A stretch of 59,939 bases of DNA, taken from Acetobacteraceae bacterium. Its GTDB lineage: Bacteria > Pseudomonadota > Alphaproteobacteria > Acetobacterales > Acetobacteraceae. Under the pieces are notes generated by a model that saw only the letters and a list, made by a program, of their open reading frames with translations, was not told the DNA's origin and ran no database searches. Positions within the stretch are counted from its first letter, which is position 1. Every line of letters begins with the position of its first letter. The stretch lies in the NCBI GenBank assembly GCA_044225615.1, contig JBGAIK010000002.1, positions 1 to 59,939 of the forward strand, given 5' to 3'. Made by a program: the position numbers and the translations under genes. Positions 13,019-23,306 of the stretch are shown piece by piece.

Positions 13019-14511
13019 GAAGCCGCCCTCCGCGCGTAGATCACGGGCGCGGGCGTGAAGGTCACCCCCTCGTCCAGCGGATACATCGGCCGGGCGCAGA
13101 TCGTGTGCCCCAGCGTCGGCAGGTTGGCGGAGGTGGCGCCGGGGATGTCGATGTTGAAGTTCTTTTCCACCCACTGGTCGAACATGTGGTACTCGGTGTG
13201 CGGCGACTTGACCACGATCAGGTCATACTTGGTCGGATCGATGCCGGCGGCGAAATACATCGCGCGGTCGAACAGGCTCACCGACACGCTCATCACCACC
13301 ACCGTCGCGGTGCCGATCACCAGCACCGCCGAGGGGCCGGCATGCAGCGCGGCACCCATCGTTTCCAGCCGGCCGACGCCGTCGAACAGCAGCTTCACCT
13401 TCGCCTTCACCCTGATCGGCGGGAAGCGCTTCGGGTCGTGCGCGCCGCCGAGCGTGGTCTCGATCTCCGCGCCGACGCCGGCGGCGTGGGCGGCGCGCGC
13501 GGCGTGCGGATCGACGATCTGCATCAGCATCCGCTTGTCGTAGCCGGCTTCCATCAGCCCCTTCAGGATCAGGTTGGAATCGCCCGACGCGCCCGACGAG
13601 GTCGCGTCCGCCGCGTCGGTGAACAGCACCGGCCCGGCCATGGTGCGCGCCTGGGCGATGGCCCGGTCGAGGCCGATGAACTTGCCCTGCATGCGGTGGC
13701 GCTGGGGCCAGAACTCCTCCGACAGGCGCACCGCCTCGGCCCTGGCCGTCGCCTCGTCGTTCTCCGTCATCACGATCACCTGGCTGCACAGCTCGGGGAC
13801 GTCGGTGAACGGGTTGCCGATCATGATGCCGGCCGACATCGCGGTGCCGTCGCGCTCGATGCGCTGGCACTCGCGGATCATGTCGCCGTAGCAGCCGGAC
13901 TTGGTGATCAGCTCGTCGCCGCGGACCAGCGCCGGCATGACCACGCGGGCGATGGTGGTGCGCACCGGCTTGTCCATCAGGCGCAGCAGCAGCCGCGCCG
14001 CGCGCTCCCCGGTGGTGCCGAAATCGACATGCGGGTAGGTGTGGTAGATCGACAGGCCGTCGATGTTGCGCAGCATCCGGTCGGTGAGGATGCCGTGCAG
14101 GTCGAGCGAGATGACGATCGGGACATCGGGCCCGGCGAGCCTGCGCACCTCCTGCAGGATCCAGCCCTCCGGGTCGAGCTCGCCATCGGCGGCCATGGCG
14201 CCGTGCAGCGAGACGTAGATGCCGTCGATGTCGGTCATTGCGGCGGCGACCGCGGCGATCAGCTCGCCCGACAGCTTCTGCCACCCCGCCGCCGAGAGCA
14301 GGCCGGCGCTGCCCGAGCGTGCGCCGTAGGTGGGCACCAGCTCCGCGCCGGCGGTGCGGAAGACGGCGAGCGCGCCGCCCATGCCGCTGTTCAGGCCGGC
14401 CTGGAGGAACAGCTCCGGCCCGCGCTGGATGGCGAATGCCTCGTAGCCCGACGGCATCGGATTGAACGAGGAAATCTCCTGCATGCATTCGACCAGCATG
14501 ATCCGCGCCAT
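13015..14511 (-). CDS. M81 family metallopeptidase (MlrC-like)
   Basis: Intact 498-aa reading MARIMLVECMQEISSFNP...YVSLHGAM...ISLDLHGILT...HTYPHVDF... with an MlrC-type C-terminal domain. RBS GGAGGAAACCG precedes ATG 14511. Confidence 0.85.
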   Translation of the reverse strand: MARIMLVECMQEISSFNPMPSGYEAFAIQRGPELFLQAGLNSGMGGALAVFRTAGAELVPTYGARSGSAGLLSAAGWQKLSGELIAAVAAAMTDIDGIYVSLHGAMAADGELDPEGWILQEVRRLAGPDVPIVISLDLHGILTDRMLRNIDGLSIYHTYPHVDFGTTGERAARLLLRLMDKPVRTTIARVVMPALVRGDELITKSGCYGDMIRECQRIERDGTAMSAGIMIGNPFTDVPELCSQVIVMTENDEATARAEAVRLSEEFWPQRHRMQGKFIGLDRAIAQARTMAGPVLFTDAADATSSGASGDSNLILKGLMEAGYDKRMLMQIVDPHAARAAHAAGVGAEIETTLGGAHDPKRFPPIRVKAKVKLLFDGVGRLETMGAALHAGPSAVLVIGTATVVVMSVSVSLFDRAMYFAAGIDPTKYDLIVVKSPHTEYHMFDQWVEKNFNIDIPGATSANLPTLGHTICARPMYPLDEGVTFTPAPVIYARRAAS

Positions 14512-14567
14512 CGGTTTCCTCCGTTCGCCGTTGCTGGCTAGGATTGCCCGACCGGGAGGAAATGCCA

Positions 14568-15734
14568 ATGCCGCCAGCGACCGTCTTGCCGCCGATCCGC
14601 ATCACGAAGGTCGAGGTCGCGCCGCTGGTCGGCGAAACCCCGAAGGGCGGCTGGTCGACCGAGATCAGGCCCGAGGATTCGATCCACGCGCTGCTCGCGG
14701 TCCATACCGATGCCGGGCTGATCGGCCATGGCAGCGTGTTCACCAATGGCGGGCTGGTGCAGGCCGGCGTCGCCGTGCTGGAGCCGCTGTGGCGCGGCGA
14801 GAATGCGCTGGAGCCGGAGCGGGTGACCGAGAAGATGCACCAGAACACGTTCTGGATGGGGCGCGGCGGCACGCTGACCCACGTCATCGGCGGCATCGAC
14901 ATCGCGCTGTGGGACATACTGGGCCAGGCCACCGGCATGCCGATCGGCCGGCTGCTGGGCGGCATGTACCGCCGCAAGGTGCAGCCCTATTGCTCGCTGC
15001 TGATGGAGGAACCCGGGCCGATGCGCGACCTCGTCGCGAGCTTCCGCGCCAGGGGCTTCACCGCCTTCAAGATCGGCTGGGGGCCGTTCGGCCGGCGCGA
15101 CGACACCAGGCTCGACGAGGCCATCATCCGCGCCGCCCGCGAGGGGGCCGGGGAGGGCAACAAGCTGTTCGTCGATCCCGGCGCGTCGGATTCCTACTGG
15201 CCGCAGGGGCTGAAATGGGCGATCCGCACCGCCGAGATGCTGAAGGACTACGATATCGGCTGGTTCGAGGAAGCCCTGCGCCCCGACGCGCTGGAGGATT
15301 TCTGCCACCTCCGCCGGGTGAGCCCGGTGCCGATCGCCGGCGGCGAGGTGCTGACCCGCCGGCAGGCCTTCCTGCCCTTCCTGCGCGACGGCGCCTTCGA
15401 CATCATCCAGCCCGACGTGACCAAGGTCGGCGGCATCAGCGAGCAGCGCCGCATCGCCTGGATGGCCGACGATTACGGGGTGAAATATGTCGGCCATGGC
15501 TGGAACACGGCGGTGGGCCTGGCTGCCGACCTGCAGATGGCGGCGGCCTTCAACACCGACCTGGTCGAGTATATCGGCGGCAGCCCGTATCTCGACGGCA
15601 TTGTCGCCCAGCCGTTCAGGCTGGACGACAAGGGCTGGCTGGAAATCCCCGAGCTTCCGGGCCTCGGCCTCGCGCTCGACCGCGACCGGCTCGCCGCCTA
15701 CACGCCGAACGTGAAGGGGCTGTTCACCGCCTGA
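14568..15734 (+). CDS. enolase-superfamily enzyme (mandelate racemase/muconate lactonizing family)
   Basis: Intact. KIGWGPFGRR, LFVDPGAS, WFEEAL and IIQPDVTKVGGISE. It is a paralog of 11840..13018 and is divergent from the M81 gene. RBS GGGAGGA is at 14554; the start is ATG 14568 or 14562. Confidence 0.85.
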   Translation: MPPATVLPPIRITKVEVAPLVGETPKGGWSTEIRPEDSIHALLAVHTDAGLIGHGSVFTNGGLVQAGVAVLEPLWRGENALEPERVTEKMHQNTFWMGRGGTLTHVIGGIDIALWDILGQATGMPIGRLLGGMYRRKVQPYCSLLMEEPGPMRDLVASFRARGFTAFKIGWGPFGRRDDTRLDEAIIRAAREGAGEGNKLFVDPGASDSYWPQGLKWAIRTAEMLKDYDIGWFEEALRPDALEDFCHLRRVSPVPIAGGEVLTRRQAFLPFLRDGAFDIIQPDVTKVGGISEQRRIAWMADDYGVKYVGHGWNTAVGLAADLQMAAAFNTDLVEYIGGSPYLDGIVAQPFRLDDKGWLEIPELPGLGLALDRDRLAAYTPNVKGLFTA

Positions 15735-16179
15735 GCGCCGCCTGCACCACCGAGTCCAGGGCCGACAGGAAGTTCGAGCGGTCGGCCCTGCTCAGCGGCG
15801 CCGGCCCGCCGGTGGCCACCCCGATCTCCCGCAGATGCCGGCCGATCTCGCGCCCGGCCAGCGCCGCGCCGATATTGTCCGGCGTCCAGCGCCGCCCGGC
15901 ATGCGACAGCGCCTGCCCCCCCCGCTCCAGGCAGCGCGCCGCCAGCGGAATGTCCGCCGTCACGCACACATCCGGCGCGGTGATCCGCTCGGCGATCCAG
16001 TCATCGGCCTTGTCCGCCCCCTCGCTGACCACGACCATCCGCACGTTCGGCAGGCCCGGCGGGCGGATCGGCCGGGACCCGTTGCTGACCACATGCACGA
16101 CCAGCTTGAGCCGCGTGGCCACCTTGAACACCTCCTCCCGCACCGGGCAGGCATCGGCATCGATGTAGATTTCCGTCAT
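15724..16179 (-). CDS. YaiI/YqxD family protein (UPF0178/DUF188)
   Basis: MTEIYIDADACPV...VVSNG...VVSEGADKADDWI...VTADIPLAARC is typical of UPF0178. Confidence 0.85.
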   Translation of the reverse strand: MTEIYIDADACPVREEVFKVATRLKLVVHVVSNGSRPIRPPGLPNVRMVVVSEGADKADDWIAERITAPDVCVTADIPLAARCLERGGQALSHAGRRWTPDNIGAALAGREIGRHLREIGVATGGPAPLSRADRSNFLSALDSVVQAALRR

Positions 16180-16204
16180 TGCGGCTGTCTCTGCCGCTTC
16201 AGCA

Positions 16205-16310
16205 GCGAAAGCAAGAAGGATTCACCACGGAGGCAGTGAGACAGTGTGAAGAGAAGTCCTGCTTCTCACTGTCTCACTGCCTCCGTGGTGAATCCTTCTT
16301 TCTTTCTTCC
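16205..16310. repeat. intergenic palindromic element, family copy 1 (perfect 34-bp arms)
   Basis: aagaaggattcaccacggaggcagtgagacagtg (16213..16246) and its exact reverse complement (16267..16300) are separated by 20 nt. Core and flanks resemble the copies at 35785 and 41083. Confidence 0.9.
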
Positions 16311-16311
16311 T

Positions 16312-17304
16312 TCAGAACCGCACCGACCCGGTCAGCGAGCCGAAATTGAACAGCCCCCCGCGCTGCCCCCGGAACCGCTGCGTCTGCCAGGTCTGCGTGT
16401 AGCTGATCCGCACCCCGTGCCAGATCACGCCGAATCCCGCCTCGATCTCGCCGACCAGCGGCAGCTTCTCGACGTTGCGGGAGGACGAGAAGATGTTGCC
16501 GTCGAGGAAGGCATCGCGCGCCACCGCCTGCCCGTTGGCACCGGCGAACACATACCAGACGAAATCCCGCGTCGGCGCATAGGCATCGCCGCCCGACATG
16601 CCGGGCCAGATGCGGCTCACGCCGAAATCGCTGTCCAGCCCCTGGCCGATGCGGAACACCACGCCGGCCTGCGCATAGTCGCGGATCGTGCCCACGCCCA
16701 CCGTCGCCGCGGGCAGCATGTCGGTCTCGAGCCCGCCGAACTTCACCAGCCCGAAGCGCCAGACCCGCCCTGCCGTCAGGTTCAGCGCCGGCTCGTTCGG
16801 CAACTGGTCGCCCCAGCCCTTGTTGATCCGGTCGCGGATCAGCTCGTGGAACCCGTTCTGGATCTGCCGCCCCATCGCCAGCGGCCCGATCACGCCGGCC
16901 GTCACCATCACTGTCGAGCGGCTGCGGTCGGTGTCCTGGATCAGCCCGAAATTGGCCGCCAGCATCGCCGCCACGGGGTGGTCGCGCGGGTTGGGGTTCA
17001 CCCGGAAGATGTTCAGCGGCGTGTAGATCTGGTGGATCACGTCGATGCTGACGCGTGTCCGCCCATCGCCCCAGATGCGCCCGGCCAGCCCGCGCGCGAA
17101 CTCCGGCGTCGCCGCCGCGCCCGAGGTCCAGCCGATCCGCAGGCCGCTGGTGTAATAGCGGTCCGACCCGCCAGGCGTGGTGGAGACGGAATCGTTCTCC
17201 CCCTGCCCGGTCCAGATCGCGCCGGACGACGGCGCGGGCTCCGCCGCAACGGAACCCGCACCAACTGCCAAGGCTGCGGCAAGCAGCCAGCCGCAAGCCC
17301 GCAT
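16312..17304 (-). CDS. lpxR: lipid A deacylase LpxR family outer-membrane protein (DUF2219)
   Basis: Signal peptide MRACGWLLAAALAVGAGSVAA, then GENDS...SDRYYTSGLRIGW...TQTWQTQRF and a terminal aromatic residue (RF). Confidence 0.8.
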   Translation of the reverse strand: MRACGWLLAAALAVGAGSVAAEPAPSSGAIWTGQGENDSVSTTPGGSDRYYTSGLRIGWTSGAAATPEFARGLAGRIWGDGRTRVSIDVIHQIYTPLNIFRVNPNPRDHPVAAMLAANFGLIQDTDRSRSTVMVTAGVIGPLAMGRQIQNGFHELIRDRINKGWGDQLPNEPALNLTAGRVWRFGLVKFGGLETDMLPAATVGVGTIRDYAQAGVVFRIGQGLDSDFGVSRIWPGMSGGDAYAPTRDFVWYVFAGANGQAVARDAFLDGNIFSSSRNVEKLPLVGEIEAGFGVIWHGVRISYTQTWQTQRFRGQRGGLFNFGSLTGSVRF

Positions 17305-17783
17305 CAGCCCGCCAGCGCCTGGTCGATCAGGCTGATCGCCCGCGCCCGGTCGCCGGCACCCAGCGCCATCCGCGCGTCGCGGATCAGCCCGGCCAGCCGG
17401 CCCTGCGCGGGTATGCCGGCCTGGCTCGGCGCCACCGACCGGTCGAGCGTGCGCGTCTCGGCCATTTCCAGCGATTCCTGGGCGAGGCCGGTCTTGCCGG
17501 CGGCGAGCGCGTCGCGCGCCGCCTTCAGATAGGCGTGCGGGCCGCCATTGTCGCCCACATCCGGGCTCGGCAGCGTCGGCGCGATGGTGGAGCGGGTGTC
17601 GCCCGGCGTGATGTTGCTGGCGTTGTTCGACAGCGGGTACGACGTGCCCACCCCCGGCACGTGGCCGGGCCGCGCGCCCGTCGCCGGGTCGGTGCCGGGT
17701 GCGGCGGTCTGCGCCGCGGCGCCGACGGTCAGCGCCACCAGCGCGGCGGCCGCGATGGGGGCAAGCTTGCTCAGGCGAATCAT
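17304..17783 (-). CDS. hypothetical secreted protein
   Basis: MIRLSKLAPIAAAALVALTVGAAAQ signal followed by a helical Ala-rich C-terminal half. The stop overlaps the lpxR start. No family recognised. Confidence 0.55.
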   Translation of the reverse strand: MIRLSKLAPIAAAALVALTVGAAAQTAAPGTDPATGARPGHVPGVGTSYPLSNNASNITPGDTRSTIAPTLPSPDVGDNGGPHAYLKAARDALAAGKTGLAQESLEMAETRTLDRSVAPSQAGIPAQGRLAGLIRDARMALGAGDRARAISLIDQALAG

Positions 17784-17815
17784 GGCTTGGTTCCTTTCCC
17801 GAACGAGGTCTGCGG

Positions 17816-17968
17816 TCACAGGCGTCCCGTGACCAGCAGCACGATCAAGATGATCAGCACCACGCCGAGCCCGCCGCTGGGGAAATACCCCCACCCGGCG
17901 CTGTACGGCCAGGTCGGCAGCGCGCCGATCACCAGCAGGATGACGATGATGAGAAGAAGGTTGGACAT
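17816..17968 (-). CDS. DUF3309 family small membrane protein (50 aa)
   Basis: MSNLLLIIVILLVIGALPTWPYSAGWGYFPSGGLGVVLIILIVLLVTGRL fits the characteristic DUF3309 pattern. Confidence 0.8.
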   Translation of the reverse strand: MSNLLLIIVILLVIGALPTWPYSAGWGYFPSGGLGVVLIILIVLLVTGRL

Positions 17969-18068
17969 GGCGGGAAATCCGATCCTGGTCGCGTGCCGGC
18001 ATTTCCGGCCGCCGTGCACGCCGTGCAGCCAAACGCGCCGGCCGGCGCGGAAGTTCCCGCCCGGGCGC

Positions 18069-18317
18069 TCAGCGCCAGATCGGGCGGCCGAGATTGAGGT
18101 CGCGCGGGTTGGTCGCAGCCCCGCCGACCGCGCCCACCGCGCCGCCGATCACGGCCCCGGCGCCCGGCCCGATGCCGACCACGCTGCCCAGCACCGCGCC
18201 GCCGCCGGCGCCGATCAGCCCGCCGGAGATGGCCCGGTCGCCGGGGTTGGGGCCGCAGGCGGCCAGGCCGCGGCCGCGGCCGGAGAGGAGGAGCAGGGTC
18301 GCGAGTTTGCGTTGCAT
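18069..18317 (-). CDS. glycine-zipper lipoprotein (17-kDa antigen/Gly-zipper family)
   Basis: MQRKLATLLLLSGRGRGLAAC lipobox, then GGLIGAGGGAVLGSVVGIGPGAGAVIGGAVGAVGGA. Confidence 0.75.
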   Translation of the reverse strand: MQRKLATLLLLSGRGRGLAACGPNPGDRAISGGLIGAGGGAVLGSVVGIGPGAGAVIGGAVGAVGGAATNPRDLNLGRPIWR

Positions 18318-18523
18318 GGATGTGGCCTTTGGGTTGGGGCATGGCCGGCGCGCGCCACCGTCCGGAGACGGGGCACGGCGCGGCGCAGCGTTCTGGCGAT
18401 GAGCGGAACGGACCTTGCGGGGCGGCTGGTTCGCCGGCCGGCGCAAAGCCCGTGACTGTCTATATTGCGATCAGAACACGAAATACCAGTGGCGTGCCGG
18501 AAAATAACCCGAACATTCCACTC

Positions 18524-18735
18524 TCAATCCAGTCTGGCGGGCGGCGCGTCGGTCGCCGCCGCGAACCCGCGCGGCGTGCCCGGCCCGAACGTCGTGCCGA
18601 TCGCCAAGCCCACCCGATCGGCACCGCCGGGCTGGTCACCAGGTGGCCCGGCACCTCGATGTCCGCCGGCCGGCCGTGGTGGATGTGCAGCATCAACCGC
18701 ATGGGCGCCGGCTGGGGCCATTCGTGGACCAGCAT
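18524..18735 (-). other. possible small ORF of unknown function, apparently frame-broken
   Basis: MLVHEWPQPAPMRLMLHIHHGRPADIEVPGHLVTSP (ORF 18460..18735) appears to continue as GGADRVGLAIGTTFGPGTPRGFAAATDAPPARLD* in the frame of ORF 18524..18796. No family recognised. Confidence 0.2.
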
Positions 18736-18825
18736 GAGGGGGTCCGTTCCCGGCGTGAGCCCCCCTGTGCACCCGGTCCGCCCGGGCCGGGCACAAACCT
18801 GCCCCTACCCAACCCCGCCCCGATC

Positions 18826-20094
18826 ATGCTCACATCGGCGCCCGTCCATTCCACAGCAGGACCCAGCGCCGTGTCGCACAGCAACGTCTCCATCGACGGC
18901 GAACGCCTCCTCGCCGACCTCAACCGCCTGCGCGAGTTCGGCACCTTCCTGCTCGGTGTCCATCGGCCCACCTACTCCGACGACGACATGGAAAGCCGCA
19001 AATGGCTCGCCGAACGCATGCGCGAGGCCGGGCTGGAGACCACCATCGACGGCATCGGCAACGTGTTCGGCACAAGCGAGGGCAGCGGGCCGCGCGTGCT
19101 GATCGGCAGCCATACCGACACCCAGCCGGAGGCCGGCTGGCTCGACGGGGCGCTCGGCGTCATCTACGGGCTGGAGATCGCCCGCGTCCTCGGCCGCGGC
19201 GTGGACGTCGTCTCCTGGGCCGACGAGGAGGGGCATTTCGCCTCGATGCCCGGCAGCCGCTCCTATATCGAGGACTTCTCCGAGACCGACATCGACAATG
19301 CGAGCAACCGCTACACCGGCCAGTCGATGCGCGAGGCGCTGCGCGCGGCCGGGCTGGAGGCACGGATGCGCGCGCGGCACGTGCCGGAGCAGTATGTGGG
19401 CTACCTGGAGGCGCATATCGAGCAGGGCGACGAGCTCGACAGCTCGGGCGAGAAGATCGGCATCGTCACCTCGATCGTCGGCATCTGGCAGTACCGCATC
19501 AACATCGAGGGCGTGCAGAACCATGCCGGCACGACGCGGATGGCGATCCGCAAGGATGCCGGCGCGGCGGCGGTGAAGCTGCTTTCGGCGATCGAGGCGA
19601 AGTTCCCCGCCATCTGCGGCCCGCGCACGGTGTGGACCGCCGGGCGCATCTCGGTCTCGCCAGGCGCGGCCTCGATCATTCCCGGCAGCGCCGAGGTGAT
19701 GTTCCAGTTCCGTGACGCCGACCCCGAGATGCTGCAGACGCTGGAGGCGGCGCTGGAGGGGCTGGTGGCGGAGGCCAACGGCAATCCCTGCTCGGTGGCG
19801 CTGACCAGCGTCTCGCGCTCGACGCCGAAGGTGATGCACGGGGCCTTCCAGGACGCGCTGGAGCGCGCCGCCCTCCGCCACGCGCCGGGCCTGTTCCGCC
19901 GCATGCCGAGCGGGGCCGGGCATGATGCCCAGCAGCTCGCCCGCGTCATGCCGGCGGCGATGGTGTTCGTCCCCTCGATCGGCGGCATCAGCCATCACTG
20001 GACGGAGAACACCGACGACGCCGACATCGTGCTGGGCTGCCAGGTGATGGCGACGGCGGTGGCGGAGATCCTGGCCGCCGCCGGGGGCAAGTAG
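18826..20094 (+). CDS. Zn-dependent amidase, allantoate amidohydrolase / N-carbamoyl-L-amino-acid hydrolase family (M20)
   Basis: IGSHTDTQPEAGWLDGALGV, SWADEEG, NHAGTTRM and PSGAGHDAQ. ATG 18826 lies within ORF 18643..20094. Confidence 0.88.
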   Translation: MLTSAPVHSTAGPSAVSHSNVSIDGERLLADLNRLREFGTFLLGVHRPTYSDDDMESRKWLAERMREAGLETTIDGIGNVFGTSEGSGPRVLIGSHTDTQPEAGWLDGALGVIYGLEIARVLGRGVDVVSWADEEGHFASMPGSRSYIEDFSETDIDNASNRYTGQSMREALRAAGLEARMRARHVPEQYVGYLEAHIEQGDELDSSGEKIGIVTSIVGIWQYRINIEGVQNHAGTTRMAIRKDAGAAAVKLLSAIEAKFPAICGPRTVWTAGRISVSPGAASIIPGSAEVMFQFRDADPEMLQTLEAALEGLVAEANGNPCSVALTSVSRSTPKVMHGAFQDALERAALRHAPGLFRRMPSGAGHDAQQLARVMPAAMVFVPSIGGISHHWTENTDDADIVLGCQVMATAVAEILAAAGGK

Positions 20095-20175
20095 CCCGCG
20101 GCGCCGGGGCGCGCCGTATGGACCATGGCCGCGCCGGCATGGAAGAGTGCCGGTTCCATCTCCGCAGAGGCTTCC

Positions 20176-21249
20176 ATGCAGCGCGCCCGTATCCGCGACC
20201 TCGGCATCCGCACCGGCCGGCTGCCCCCCGGGCCGTTCAACGCCATCACCGACGTGGCCGGCGTGAAGGTGGGGCAGGCCTCGCTGGTGCGCGACACGCC
20301 CAGCATCGTGCGCACCGGCGTCACCGCCATCTGGCCCTCGGGCGGCGACATCTGGACCGACTGGGTGTTCGCCGGCGCCCACAGCTTCAACGGCAACGGC
20401 GAGATGACGGGCCTGGCCTGGATCGCCGAGCAGGGCATGATCTCGGCGCCGATCTGCATCACCAACACCTACTCGGTGGGGCTGGTGCGCGATGCGATCT
20501 GCGCGCTGGCCGTGCGCGACAACGCCCCGATGCCGTGGCATCTGCCGGTCTCCGCCGAGACCTATGACGGCTGGCTGTCCGACAGCGAGAGCTTCCCGAT
20601 CACCACCGAACTCGCCGTCGCCGCCATGGACGCCGCGACCTCGGGCCCGGTGCAGGAAGGCAATACCGGCGGCGGCACCGGCATGAACTGCCACGAATTC
20701 AAGGGCGGCACCGGCACCGCGTCGCGCGTGGTGACCGTCGAGGGCGAGACCTACACGGTGGGCGCGCTGGTGCAGGCCAATTACGGCGAACGCGCCCTGC
20801 TGCGCGTGGACGGCGTGCCGGTGGGGCGCGAGATCGGCACCGACATCGTGCCCTCGGTGCGCGACACGCCGGCCGAGGCCGGCTCGATCATCGTGGTGCT
20901 GGCCACCGACGCGCCGCTGCTGCCGATCCAGTGCCAGCGGCTCGCCCGGCGCGCCACCACCGGCCTCGCCTGGGTCGGCGGCATCGGCGGCAACGGCAGC
21001 GGCGACATCTTCCTCGCCTTCTCCACCGCCAACCGGGTGAAGGCGGGCGCCGCCATCCACCCGGTGCGGATGATCGCACCGCCCTCGATGACGCGGCTGT
21101 TCGAGGCGGCGGCCGAAAGCACCGAGGAGGCGATCCTGAACGCCATGACCATGGCCGAGACGATGCACGGCCAGAAGGGCCGGGTGTCCCACGCGATCCC
21201 GCTCGACCGGCTGCAGGACGCGATGCGCAAATACGGCCGGCTGGGCTGA
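20176..21249 (+). CDS. P1/S58 family peptidase (DmpA-type aminopeptidase)
   Basis: GPFNAITDVAGVKVGQ and NTGGGTGMNCHEFKGGTGTASR (Ntn self-processing region). Intact. Confidence 0.85.
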   Translation: MQRARIRDLGIRTGRLPPGPFNAITDVAGVKVGQASLVRDTPSIVRTGVTAIWPSGGDIWTDWVFAGAHSFNGNGEMTGLAWIAEQGMISAPICITNTYSVGLVRDAICALAVRDNAPMPWHLPVSAETYDGWLSDSESFPITTELAVAAMDAATSGPVQEGNTGGGTGMNCHEFKGGTGTASRVVTVEGETYTVGALVQANYGERALLRVDGVPVGREIGTDIVPSVRDTPAEAGSIIVVLATDAPLLPIQCQRLARRATTGLAWVGGIGGNGSGDIFLAFSTANRVKAGAAIHPVRMIAPPSMTRLFEAAAESTEEAILNAMTMAETMHGQKGRVSHAIPLDRLQDAMRKYGRLG

Positions 21250-21260
21250 GGGGAACCATC

Positions 21261-22271
21261 ATGGGACAGCTTGCAGGCAAGATCGCGATCATCACCGGGG
21301 CGACCAGCGGCATCGGCGCGCGGGCGGCCGAGCTGTTCGTGGCGGAAGGCGCCACCGTGGTGCTGGCCGGCCGCCGGGCGGAGCTGGGCGAGGCGCTGGC
21401 CGCGCGGCTGGGGCAGCAGGCGAGCTTCGTGCGGGCCGACATGGCCGCGGAAGCCGACATCGTGCGGCTGGTGGAGGGCACGGCGTCCCGCTTCGGGCGG
21501 ATCGACGTGCTGTTCAACAATGCCGGCCACGGGCTGCCGCCGTTCCGCATCGCGGAGGCCGACATGGCCGAGTTCGACCGCATGGTCTCGGTGCATGTGC
21601 GCGCCGTGGTGCTGGGCATGAAATGCGTGGCCCCGGTGATGCAGCGCCAGCGGGCCGGCAGCATCATCACCACCGCCTCGGTGGCCGGATACCGCGCCGG
21701 CGGGTCATCGCATTTCTACGCGCTGGCCAAGGCCGCCGTGCTGCACCTGACCCGCAGCGTGGCGGCCGAGCTGGGCGAGGACGGGATCCGGGTGAACTCG
21801 ATCTCGCCCGGCGCGATCGTCACCGGCATATTCGGCAAGGGCATCGGGATCGATCCCGACCGGGCGGACGCGGCGACGGCGGCGATCACCGAGCGGTTCG
21901 CCAAGGCGCAGCCGATACCTCGCGCCGGCATGCCGGACGACATCGCGCGGGCGGCAGTATACCTCGCCTCCGACGCGTCGAGCTTCGTCAACGGCCACGA
22001 CATCGTGGTGGACGGCGGGATGATCGCGGGCACCCGCTTCTCCCAAGGCACCGCCGGACGCAAGGAAATGACCGAAGCCGTCGCCCGCGACGCACGGGGC
22101 GACGTAGGCGCCGGTTCATCGGGAACGGGCGGGCCTCGACACGAAGACCGGTGGACAAAGAGGCGGCCAGACGGCCAGCAGGGGCGCTGCCCCTGCACCC
22201 GTTTCAGGAGGCGCTCGCCTCCTGGGGTTGTTCGAGGGCAAGCCCCATGGCGCCCGGGCAGATATCCCTGA
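21261..22271 (+). CDS. SDR family oxidoreductase with an atypical ~70-aa C-terminal extension
   Basis: TGATSGIGA, NNAG and YALAKAA (YxxxK). The SDR fold ends near VVDGGMIAG (~22030). The ORF then runs on through a hairpin at 22205..22224. Confidence 0.8.
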   Translation: MGQLAGKIAIITGATSGIGARAAELFVAEGATVVLAGRRAELGEALAARLGQQASFVRADMAAEADIVRLVEGTASRFGRIDVLFNNAGHGLPPFRIAEADMAEFDRMVSVHVRAVVLGMKCVAPVMQRQRAGSIITTASVAGYRAGGSSHFYALAKAAVLHLTRSVAAELGEDGIRVNSISPGAIVTGIFGKGIGIDPDRADAATAAITERFAKAQPIPRAGMPDDIARAAVYLASDASSFVNGHDIVVDGGMIAGTRFSQGTAGRKEMTEAVARDARGDVGAGSSGTGGPRHEDRWTKRRPDGQQGRCPCTRFRRRSPPGVVRGQAPWRPGRYP

Positions 22272-22283
22272 CGAACCGGTTGA

Positions 22284-23190
<907 letters not shown>

Positions 23191-23205
23191 CGAAGTTCCG
23201 GAATC

Positions 23206-23222
23206 TGGAAGATGCACTTCCA
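23206..23222. promoter_or_regulatory. candidate LysR-type operator in the divergent intergenic region
   Basis: Inverted repeat TGGAAG-atgca-CTTCCA between the lysR start (23190) and the ahpD-like start (23307). Confidence 0.3.
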
Positions 23223-23306
23223 AGAATGCCGGATACCCCAGAGATATGGAAAGGACGATATCGGCGGCGTCGGCCGCAACGGCCAAACCCAACCGGAGAT
23301 CCTGCC

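Noticed and set aside
17304-18317. Small-protein cluster (secreted helical protein, DUF3309, Gly-zipper lipoprotein) as a toxin-antitoxin or stress system
   Set aside because: There is no toxin or antitoxin fold and no overlap or coupling typical of TA pairs. These are common envelope and stress small proteins, and the genes are separately spaced.
18805-21192. 795-aa minus-strand ORF
   Set aside because: It is antisense to the amidase and DmpA genes, has no motifs and shows GC-artefact composition.
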